Positions 11,820-22,562 of a stretch of DNA of 64,000 bases are shown piece by piece. The translations under genes were made by a program, and so were the position numbers. The notes below the pieces were generated by a model. It was not told the origin of the DNA, made no database searches, and saw only the letters and a program-made list of their open reading frames with translations. Source of the DNA: Mobula hypostoma (lineage: Eukaryota); assembly GCF_963921235.1 (NCBI RefSeq), contig NC_086097.1:110672001-110736000 (forward strand). Reading direction: 5' to 3'. Numbering within the stretch: position 1 is the stretch's first letter; each line of letters starts with the position of its first letter.

Positions 11820-14800
11820 GATCGAAGATACCTTGTGGGTAGAGTTAAGAAACTGCAAGAATAAAAATACCCTGATGGGAGTTATATAAGGGCCTCTGAA
11901 CAGTAGTCAGGATATGCGGTACAAATTACAACACCAGATAGAAAAGGCGCATCAGAAGAGCCATTACCATTACGATAGTCATGGGGAATTTCAATTGTAG
12001 GTAGATTGCGAAATCAGGTTGCTGCTCAATGCCAAGAGAGAGAGTTTGTAGAATGCCTATGAGATGGCTTTTTAGGGCAGCTTGTGGCTGAGCACATTAT
12101 ATCAGCTACTCTGGATTGGGTGTTGTGTAATGAACTGGATTTGATTAGGGAGCTTAAGCTAAAGGAACCCTTAGGAGCCAGTGGTCATCATATGATAGAA
12201 TTCACCATACCATTTGAGAGGGAGAAGCTAAAACCAAATGTATCAGTATTACAGTGGAGTAAGGGAAATTACAAAGGCATGAGAGAGGAGCTGGCTAAAG
12301 TCTATTTGAAGGGGACAGCATCAGCGATGACAGCATAGCAGCTATGGTTGAAGTTTCTGGGAACAACTCAGAAGGCGCCAGATAGATACATCCCAAAGTA
12401 GTCGTAGTATTCTGAAGGCAGGATGATCTCAGTGGTTGGATAGTGTTTGGAGTCAAGTGTTAAGGTTGTGTTTTCAGGGTACTTGAGTCGCATGATAGGC
12501 TAGGCTATAGTCAGCATGGTTAAGGGAATAGATTACCTGACAAATCTGTTGGAATTCTTTGCAGAAATAAAAAGCAGGATAGGCAAATGTAAATCAGCAA
12601 GTATTGTGTACTTGCATTTTCAAATGGCTTTTGACAAGGTGCCACACATGAGGCTGCTGAGCAAGGTAAGAGCCCATTGTATTACCGGAAAGATACTAGG
12701 ATGGATGGAGCATTGGCTGATTAGCAGGAGGCAAAGGGTGGGAATAAAAGTTGTAAGTCAATGATTTGGATGAAGGAATTTATGGCACTGTGGCCAAGTT
12801 GGCTGATGATACAAAGACAGGTGGAGAATCCGGCAGCGTTAAGAAAGCAGGGAGTCTGCAGAAGGACTTAAACAGATTAGGAGAACAGGTAAGGAAGTGG
12901 CAGATAGAATACAGTGTCGGAAAGTGTATGGTCATGCGCTTTGGTAGAAGGAATGTAAATATACTTTATACTTTATTGTCGCCAAACAATTGATACTAGA
13001 ACTACAATCATCACAGCGACATTTGATTCTGCTCTTCCCACTCCCTGGATTACAAATATTAAATATTTAAAATAGTAAAAATTAGTAAATATTAAAATTT
13101 TAAATTATAAATCATAAATAGAAAATAGAAAAATGGAAAGTAAGGTCGTGCAAAAAAACTGAGAGGCAGGTCCGGATATTTGGAGGGTACAGCCCAGATC
13201 TGGGTCAGGATCCGTTCAGCAGTCTTATCACAGTTGGAAGAAGCTGTTCCCAAATCCGGCCATACGAGTCTTCAAGCTCCTGAGCCTTCTCCCGGAGGGA
13301 AGAGGGATGAAAAGTGTGTTGACTGGGTGGGTCATGTCCTTGATTATCCTGGCAGCACTGCTCCGACAGCGTGCGGTGTAAAGTGAGTCCAAGGATGGAA
13401 GATTGGTTTGTGTGATGTGCTGCGCCGTGTTCACGATCTTCTGCAGTTTCTTTCGGTCTTGGACGGGACAGCTTCCATACCAGGTTGTGATGCACCCTAA
13501 AAGAATGCTTTCTACGGTGCATCTATAAAAGTTAGTGAGGGTTTTAGGGGACAGGCCAAGTTTCTTTAGCTTTCTCAGGAAGTAAAGGTGCTGGTGGGCC
13601 TTCCTGGCAGTGGACTCTGCCTGGTTGGACCAAGTCAGCTCATTTGTGATATTGACCCCGAGGAACCTAAAGCTTTTGACCTGTTCCACTTGCACACCAC
13701 CGATGTAAATTGGGTCGTGCAGTCCTCTTCTCCTTCTGAAGTCAACAACCAATTCCTTCATCTTGCTGAAGTTGAGGGATAGGTTATTGTCTTCACACCA
13801 TGCCACCAGGTTCTTAATTTCCTCTCTGTACTCAAACTCATCATTACCCGAGATACGGCCTACAATTGTTGTGTCATCAGCAAACTTATATATTGAGTTT
13901 GATGGAAACTTGGCTACACAATCATAGGTGTACAGTGAGTACAGCAGGGGGCTGACTACACAGCCTTGGTTGGGGCACCGGTGCTCAGAGTGATTGTAGA
14001 GGAGAGTTTGTCCCCTATTTTTACAGCCTGGGTCCTGTCTGTGAGGAAGTTGAAGATCCAGCTGCAGATCTGAGTGCTAAGGTCCAGGTTCCGGAGCTTA
14101 GGAATCAGTTTATTTGGAATGATGGTATTAAAGGCAGAGCTGCAGTCAATGAAAAGGAGCCTTACGTATGCGTCTTTTTTCTCCAGGTGTTCTAAGGAGG
14201 AATGTAGGGCCAGAGAGATGGCATCTGCCATTGACCTGTTGCTCCGGTAGGTGAATTGCAAAGCGTCGAGGCTGTGGTTGATGTGTGCCATAACCAATCT
14301 CTTGATATAGACCATTTCCTAAATGGGGAGAAAATGCATTGTGCAGGACTCCATTAAGGTTAACTTGCAGGTTGACTCGATGGTGAGGAATTCAAATGCA
14401 ATGTTAGCATTCATTTCAAGCGAACTGGATTATAAAACCAAGTATGCAATGCTGAGATTTTATAAGGCACTGGTGGGGCCTCACTTGGAGTATTATGAGC
14501 AGTTTCGGGCCCCTTATCTATGAACGGATATGCTAACATTGGAGCACGTTCAAAGGAGGTTCACAAAAATGATTCCAGAAATGAAAGCCTTATCATATGA
14601 GGAACATTTGATGGCTCTGGGCCTGTACTCAATGGAATTCTAAAAAATGAGGGGGGATATCATTGAAACCCTTCGAATAATAAAAGACCAAGACAGAGTG
14701 CATGTGGAGAGGATGTTCACTATAGTGGGGGAGTCTAGGACCAGATGGAACAACTCGAAATAAAGGGACATCTGTTTAGAACAGAGATTAGAAAGAATTT

Positions 14801-14910
14801 CTTTAGCACAAGGAGGATGAATCTGTGGAATTTGATACCACCATGATCAAATGGTGAAGCAAACTCAATAGGCTGAATGATCTAATTGTGCTCCTATATC
14901 TTATGGTCTT
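11820..14910 (+). mobile_element. CR1 LINE ORF2 (endonuclease-RT, internally deleted) split by a Rex/Babar insertion
   Basis: ORFs 12084..12338, 12516..12764, 12766..12993 and 14323..14523. The CR1 reading resumes across the insertion (GGAATGTAA[ATATA]GACCATTTCC). Confidence 0.85.
12961..14304 (-). mobile_element. Rex1/Babar-type LINE, 5'-truncated (RT plus C-terminal region)
   Basis: ORFs 13956..14315 ([16 protein letters not shown]) and 13228..13806 (KELVVDFR, FLGVNIT, LYFLRKLKK, FYRCTVESIL). ATATA on both sides is a possible TSD. Confidence 0.9.
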
Positions 14911-14911
14911 A

Positions 14912-16240
14912 TAAAAGTATCTGGGATATTAGCAAGCAAAGAAAATAGATCATAATGTGATAAAAGGAAAACTCTTGACATAATTTACTCCAAGGCTTAA
15001 GAAAACCTGCCTCACAGGGCTGAATGGTAAAAATATAACAAAGGTAATAAACACTTATGCTCAACGCATATTAACTTATACTTTTGGCATAAAGTCTTAG
15101 TCTGAAACCAATCTGGAAAATTTAGGAAGAAAAATAAGAACTGTAATGACAAATTTTCAAAAACACTATGTACATTTGAACACACTTAGATTAACACTAC
15201 CTAGGACAGAAGGAGGAAGAGGGATAACAGACATTAAATATTTACACAACAGTCAGATAAAATTCTAAGGATATATTTTCATCAACAAAAACTGGATTCT
15301 GCACTCTATGTGAGCAATTCTGATAAGAAGTACACACCACTAAACTTAAATGATGGCAAAACCAAGAAAAATGAAGACATTATCACTACAGAAGGAAAAC
15401 TAAACCAGTGGCAGAGCATGACCCTCCGTGGAAGATGTCCCCATGATCTGAGCAGACTAGGTGTTGACAAGGAAGTGTCAAACACCCAGCTCAGAGTTGG
15501 CGACCTCTTCCCAGAATCAGAGGGGTTCCTTGTGTCAATACAGGACCAGGCGGTTAACACACACACAAAAAAACATCAAATATCCATATTAAAAGACCAA
15601 CAAATTCAAGGCAGTAAATGCAGAAAAATGCCAAGAAAAACCAGAAACGATCCCACACATTACAGGATCCTGTAGCAGTTTAACTCAGTCTGATTACTTG
15701 CACAGGCACAATCAAGTAGCAAACATCATTCACCAAAATCTGGCTTTAAAACACAAACTCACACAAGACACCATAGCTTATTATAAACAGAAATCTGACC
15801 CAGCTTTACAGTTAGAATCCTACAAAATATATTATGATTGATCCGTTATTACAGATAGAGATAATCCATGATAACCATCTGGATATAATATTACAGGATA
15901 AGCATGTAATAACAACTTTCTTACAAGATATAGCCATTCCAAACAGAAAGCAATAAGTGAAAAACACCAGAATTATGCTGAATTAAAAGAGGAAATTGAA
16001 AGTCTATAGAACATCAACAGGTTGTCCCAGTAGTAATATCTACAACTAGTAACATCCCAAAGTCACTACACAATAGCATGAAAAATTAGGCCTACATAGC
16101 AATGTAAATCTTCAGAAAGCCACATGACTAAACACCACTAGAACTGTCTGAAAGTTCCCAGCAACTGAGAAACGAGGGTGCTTCACTATGTCTGTACCCC
16201 ATGTTTTGCCAGGTTGAGGTGAGAAAATGAAAGAACGATA
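14912..16240 (+). mobile_element. R4/Dong-clade non-LTR retrotransposon relic (RT end, CCHC knuckle, restriction-like endonuclease)
   Basis: Across frameshifts it reads KYLG.., INTYA..LTYTFG, RLTLPRTEGGRGI, LFPESEGFLVSIQDQ, CRK(fs)CQEKPETIPHITGSC, YLHRHNQVANIIH, DIAIP, EKHQNYAEL. Confidence 0.85.
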
Positions 16241-16685
16241 ATTATATCTTCATTTATACAGCACTTTTCATAGAGATGATGTGCTTTAAAGTACAAAGAT
16301 GAAAATAAAATTTTAAAAATTGTTAGTTAAAAGCTAAGTTAAACAAATAGGTTTTGAGCTGGCATTGAAGTGTCAACCCAGTCTGCATCCTTTATAGTTT
16401 TTGGAACTGAATTCCACAGTTTTGACGTACAGATTGTTTAAATTTAAGAGACCGGTGGAAGAAGATCTGACAGCTCGAGCAGAATTATAAAACAAAAGTG
16501 ATTCTGTGATGTACTTCAGTCCTAGACCATTAAAAGTCTTGTACCTTGAAACAGTTTTAAAGACAAATATTGATTTGTTTTTTTTTACTGTTTACTGCTC
16601 TTCATAGTAATTTTTTTGATATATAGAATCTTCTCATTTCATCATTTTAGAAAGAATATTTTCAGATATTTTAAAACGTGCTATA

Positions 16686-17359
16686 GATTAGATTATGAGG
16701 ACATTTATTGTCATTTAGAAATGCATGTATTAAAAAATGATACAACGTTCCTCCAGAATGATATCACAAGAAAACACAGGACAAGCCGAGACTAAAACTG
16801 ACAAAACCACATAATTATAACATATAGTTACAACAGTGCAAAGCAATACCATAATTTGATAAAGAGCAGACCATGGGCACGGTAAAAAAAAAAGTCTCAC
16901 AGTCCCGATAGACCCATCATCTCACACAGGCAGCAGAAGGGAGGAAATTTCCCGTCATGAACCTCCAAGCACCACCAACTTGCCGATGCAGCACCATTGG
17001 AAGCACGCGACCGCAGCAGACTCTGAGTCCGTCCGAAAACCTCGAGCCTCCAACCAACCCTCCGACACAGCCACTCCGACTCACCATCTTCTGCCGAGTG
17101 CTTCAACCCCACCCCGGCCGCCAAGCAACAAGCAAAGCCGTGGACTCAGGGCCTTCTCTTCCGGAGATTCTGGACCACACAGTAGCAGCAGCAGCAAAGC
17201 AGGCATTTCAGAAGTTTCACCAGATGTTCCTCTGTGCTCTCACGTCCGTCTCCATCAAATCAGGATTGTGCACGGCACCCTACTTGACAAATAACAGACA
17301 TCACCACCGGAGTGGCTGCTGCGAGCTACATCATGCCACCATCTTCTCCTCCCGCCACC
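16686..17359 (-). mobile_element. Non-autonomous retroelement (GC-rich 5' end plus Rex/Babar-like 3' tail)
   Basis: The minus strand begins GGCGGGAGGAGAAGATGG and ends AATAAATG..ATAATCTAATC. CTATA on both flanks is a possible TSD. No coding capacity. Confidence 0.5.
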
Positions 17360-17757
17360 TATATGTACTGTATGCACGGGCTTCGATCTTTCTAAACTAG
17401 CTGCTCAAGGTGAAGACTTAAAAAAATGGATAACAAGATGGTGGAGATATGTGGAAAGAGCTGCTAGAGGAAGTGGTAGAGGTGGGTACAATTACAACAT
17501 TTACAGGACATTTGGATGGGTACATGGGTGAGATAGGTTCAAATTCACTACCTCACTTTTTTAATATATTATTTCTATTTTTGCACGATTTTTAATCTAT
17601 TCAATATAAGTATACTGTAATCGATTTACTTATTATTTTCTTCTATATTATGTATTGCATTGAACTGCTGCTTCTAAGTTAACAAAATCTGAGTCACATG
17701 CCACTGATAATGAACCTGATTCTGATTCTGAACACATTCAAATGCGATTAGCTCAGG

Positions 17758-17796
17758 CAATGGTTAACCTCAATGGTTAACCTCAATGGTTAGCCT
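17758..17796 (+). repeat. 13-bp tandem repeat x3 (CAATGGTTARCCT)
   Basis: Directly visible in the sequence. Confidence 0.85.
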
Positions 17797-18649
17797 GTTT
17801 TCTGTGCTGTATAGCCCTACCATTAGAGCAAGCATTGTGTTATTATCTTTGCTGAAGATTAAAATATAGTGTATACATTGTTATTTCCTTACCTACAAGC
17901 TCCAATAAATTCTCTGTAAAGCAGTGTTGATGCATTGATCACATTATGATTTTCTCCAAGCCCTATTATCACACTTAATTATAGCACACAGCTACTTTCC
18001 TTCAAATGGTGGCTAGTTAAATGACCTATAGTATTTTTAGTTAGTCCTTACATTTTGAACATTGTGGTTATACTTGATTCCTTTTAATCCTTTCAAGAAC
18101 TTAGGGAGTTTCTGCAACATAACAGCAGCCCAAAATATGAATCTATTTATATCAGCTGTCAATATATCTAATGACCCCCAAATCTCCCCTCTGTGGTAGA
18201 AAATTGCAAAGAGTCACTATCTTCAGAAACAAAATTGTGACCTATCTCAGCCCGAAGTGTGAATTGCTCAACCTGCTACAGTTCTACACTGCCCTCCAGA
18301 GAAAGTACTTTCCAGAATCTACAGTGCCATGCCCTTCTTAATGGACATTTCTATGAGGTCACGCCTCAAACTTCTAAACTCAAAACGAAAGGTCATTCTG
18401 CTTAATGTGTCACTTAAAAACAACCGAGTCTCCCCATAAATCAGTCTGCTAAAACTTTGTTTATCACCTCCAGGACAAACATCTTGCTAAAAAATTAAGG
18501 ATGTCGTTAAATGGGAAACTAAATCTAGACACAATATCCAGGTGTGGTCTCAGTAAAACCCTGCACATTTGTACATAACTTCCTTACTCTTGAAACTTCC
18601 ACCTTTCTTAACCTTTTTAGTTACTTGATGTGATTGCTTAAGGTTGTAA

Positions 18650-19200
18650 TAGTCGGGTGTGGTAATGAGGCTAAGCTCCCACTACCTATTAAATGCTCCC
18701 AATGTCATGCACCTCAAATTGCCTCTGACAATCATGTCCAGTTCCTGGCTTTTGCATGAGACTTAGCTACTAAGCCCAGTGGTACCATTTCCACTGAGAG
18801 GAAAAAGGGCAAAGGCGAGTTACTGGTCACTTCGGGCAGATGTGGGTGATCAGCCATGGTTCGCAGCTCAGCTAGAAGGAAAACTCTGATCTCAAACCTC
18901 TGCTGCCGAGCAGCTATACCCACTCATGGGGAAGGCTTCGGGAGTAAACTCCAAGGGAAAAATCTGGAGCTGGAGTCCTTTGTTCAGTTGCAGTCCTATG
19001 TTCAGTTCAATGCTTACTGGCAACTCCTGCGATGTTGCTGGTGCATACTACATCAGTCTCTGCTGTTCCTTTGGTGCAAGGAGAGGGGGAGCTTGCTACA
19101 TGGGCAACAGCTTGCTCTCCATATCATACCACCCAGGCTTGCGTATCTAGACAGCTAGGACACAACATTCATGGTCGACCTTGACTGAAGGAGGCACTTG
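18650..19200 (+). mobile_element. RTE-related non-autonomous element (5'-UTR derived)
   Basis: Contains GAAGGAAAACTCTGA, a motif recalled from RTE 5' regions. No intact ORF. Confidence 0.45.
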
Positions 19201-20646
19201 ATGTCATGCTAACTTTCTGTACCCTCATCTCTCTGCACACTGGGGTTTAAGAATATCATAACAATTAAATAATATTCTGCTTTTCTATTCTTCATACCAA
19301 AATGGTAACCTCACTTTTGCCCTCTTCATTCTCCTCTTGCCAGCTTTGTAACCAATTTGACCGATCACTTGGTGAACATATTACCTCACAAGGTACTTTC
19401 CAACCAAACCCTGTATGATCAAAAGTGAAATGAACTTTCAACTAAGTCACCAATATAGACTGCAAAAAGTTGATCCTGAGGCATCCCATTAGATATAACT
19501 TGCAATTTGAAAAACAGCAGTTTGTTTCTTTTTAATTTTATTCCAGTTAACCAATGTTTCTTCTATGTTACCCAACCCTTTCTATCTTCCTCTTCTTATC
19601 CTTAATTCCACAAGTCTTTACCTTAGATAACTAATTCAAAAAGATCAAAACTAATGCATCTATTAGTTCTGCAGAACCTCTTTTTAAATTCCTGAGGATT
19701 TCCAAAATACTTTTTTTAAAAATATAAATCTAATTTTAAATTCTTATCACAAGCAAGAGAAAATCTGCAGATGCTGGAAATCCAAGCAACACACACAAAC
19801 TGCTGGAGGATTTCAGCAGGCAAGGAAGCATCTATGGAAAAAAGTACAGTCAATTTTTCAGGCTAAGACCCTTTGGCAAAATAATAAATTCTTATTATAC
19901 CTTTGACTTGCCTCAGTAAGTAATGAATCCTGCAATTAAAGGGAAACCCGAGAACATAGAATGAACACAGAGCACCATCAAGTGTAATATTACAGTTATG
20001 TCGCCCAATTAGGGGCCAATACTACAGGAAAAATAGGTTACTATAGGTGAATAAAAGATTGAAATCAGGTAGGCAGGAACTACCCTGCTGCACCACATTA
20101 GGTAAAATAGCCAGGTCTTATTTCATTGGCATGATCTAAAGTGAAACTTGTTCTCATCTTAATTCCACCCAGCATGGTCAACAAATATACATGGTAGTCA
20201 CATAGTCCCATGAGGTCACTTATTTCCTGATAAAGTTATCCCCCCAGGTCATGGTCATATCCTGAATTTACAATTTAAACAAGCTGGAAGCTTGTGTGAA
20301 GCAGAATTGCTAAGTGCTGTGTTCTATAAATATTCAATTTCCTTGGAAGACTTCCTATTGGCTTGAGCACAGTTGCTTAACATAAAAATGGAGAGTTAAC
20401 CAGTTGCAGGGGAAAAGAGATCTGCGAGTTTGTAAATTGGTTTATTATTGTCACATGTGTCGAGGTGAATATAAAACCATTTTCTTGTATACAATCCCCC
20501 ATTCAGATCAATTCATTACACAAAGCATTGAGGTAGTGCAAGGTAAAACAACAACAGAAGCAGAATAAAGTATGGCAGTTTCAGAGAAACGACAATGCAA
20601 GAAGGCACTAAAGTTGCAGGAAACTACAATAGCCAGCATAATTTTC

Positions 20647-20834
20647 CCCCTCCCCCTCCCATTTTCAAATCTCTTACTAGCTCTTCTTTCAGTTAGTCCT
20701 GACGAAGGGTCTCAGCCCGAAACGTCGACTGTACCTCGTCCTAGAGATGCTGCCTGGTCTGCTGAGTTCACCAGCAACTTTTATGTGTGTTGCTTGAAAT
20801 TCCAACATCTGCAGATTCCTTCGTGTTTGTGTTG
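20647..20834 (+). mobile_element. Short Penelope-like (PLE) terminal-repeat insertion with 9-bp TSD ATAATTTTC
   Basis: TSD at 20638-20646 and 20835-20843. The sequence matches the terminus of the GIY-YIG PLE at 38455-38660. Confidence 0.85.
20694..20731 (+). ncRNA. Minimal type I hammerhead ribozyme motif (Penelope-associated)
   Basis: Stem I TAGTC/GACTG, core CTGACGA (20699-20705) plus one extra A, stem II GGG-tctcag-CCC, GAAA (20719-20722), palindromic ACGT stem III, GTC cleavage triplet (20724-20726). Confidence 0.7.
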
Positions 20835-21219
20835 ATAATTTTCTCAAAATCTGATTCAAAAGCTGGCACAGTTCAACTTACCGGATACAGAGTATTGCAC
20901 TGGAATAATACTGCAATTTTATACAGGGGCAAACAACACAGGCCAAACCAGATAATGACAGTGGTCAACTGTATGAAGAATAGGTAAGATTTCTCAAGAA
21001 AGAGCAACTAGGATCAGAGATGATTCTGCATCTCATCCACTTTCCCTCACAAACTTGCTATCTGGGGGACTTCCGGTAGAGCTCATGGAGTGAAGTCTTG
21101 TTCTTGACTCGCTCCATTACCTCTGAGTTTTTCTTCTTATGATCAGCTATATTTTAATTAACCATTAAGGCATCGACTTTTACAATATTTTGAAATAAAT
21201 TGGGCTCTTTGATAATCGG

Positions 21220-21855
21220 ATGCGTTTAAGGTCTGCTATGTCTAAGAATGGAAAAAACGGGAAGGACGGCAAACCTCCGGTTAGACCGAAAGGTACCGAT
21301 TTTCCTCCGACTGAACCACCGTTGACTTTGAAAGCTATATCGGAGCTAATTCAAAGGGAAATTTCAACCTCTGTTACGGAGCTGATTCGTGCGGAAATCT
21401 CAACCTCTGTTATGGAGCTGATTCGTGCGGAAATTTCGACCTCTGTTACGGAGCTGATTCGTGCGGAAATTTCAATTAATTTCCAGAAAATTGCCGATTC
21501 AATCGATAAGATACAAACATCTATTACAGAACATCAGTCGGCTATATCTGATCTTCAAAAATCCACGCAACAAAATGAACTTAAGATGGAGAAAATCGAA
21601 GAAACAATTAATGTAATGAAGAAGAAACTTGACTTTCTGACCTTTAAGAACTCTGACTTAGAATCCAGAATGCGACGGCAGAATCTTCGAATGATTGGGG
21701 TGCGTGAAGCTGTTGAATCTGATAACCCTATGAAGTATTTTTCTCAACTTTTAAAAGATGCATTTCCTACTGTATTTCCTGACCAACCACCATTTTTTGA
21801 ATCTTCATCGGATGCCCAGAGTTATCTGGATCAATTTTCACCTTCAACATCTTAA
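21220..21855 (+). pseudogene. L1 ORF1p (coiled coil plus start of RRM, apparently internally deleted)
   Basis: SDLESRMRRQNLRMIGVRE is the L1 ORF1 signature. The frame jumps from FPDQPP directly to a C-terminal-like FESSSDAQSYL. Confidence 0.85.
21358..21474 (+). repeat. 36-bp in-frame tandem repeat x3 plus a partial unit, encoding EISTSV(T/M)ELIRA
   Basis: Units at 21358-21393, 21394-21429 and 21430-21465. Confidence 0.95.
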
Positions 21856-22562
21856 TCGTAATTTTTAACTATCTCCGTTTGATCGGAGGTTGTGAATTTG
21901 TCAGTCTTAATTTTTTTTTGCCCTATATGGGCAGAAAGGTTTATTTTTGATTAACTAATATGGTTGCTAAACTTTCTTTTTATCTGCGTCATTCCTTTCT
22001 TTTTCCCAGGGGATTCTGGATGGTTATTCCCTCCCCGTCATTCTACGTATTTCCTTTGAGGCCTTAAATTTTGTAGTTTTTAAATCTACTTCTTTTTGTA
22101 GGTTTTCATAACTAGTTTATGTTAATAATTTCATTTCTTTTTTTGTTTACTCATCGGGTCTGGGGTTTGTTGTGGTTTTTTTATATTTTCTGGCTTTTTC
22201 TCTGTTATATTAAGTGTTTGTTTTAATTGATTTACCTTTTTTTATTTTTTTACTGGTTTATAATTAGCTGATCTTTTTTATATTTACACTTTTTTTAGGG
22301 AGCGTATACCGGAAGTCATGGGGGTAGTTTTAGTGCTTGCTTCTTTCTGGCTGGTCTGTGTTAGATTTAGCCTTGGGTTCATGGGGTGGGGGGTGGTGGG
22401 GGGGGCTTCACGTTTAAGTTTCTTTCTTCTTGGGCTATGTACACTATTGAAGTATTGGTTGCATTCTCCTTCCCAGTATCTCTTATTTGTTCTGTTCCCT
22501 TTCCGGGTTCATGGGTCGAGCCTATCGTCAATCCTCCTTGTTGCGGGTTGACTTTAGGGTTT

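Noticed and set aside
13228..13806. Host gene call such as ALKBH8-like from the FYRCTVESIL region
   Set aside because: This is the C-terminal region of a multicopy Rex/Babar RT that is often mis-annotated as a host gene.
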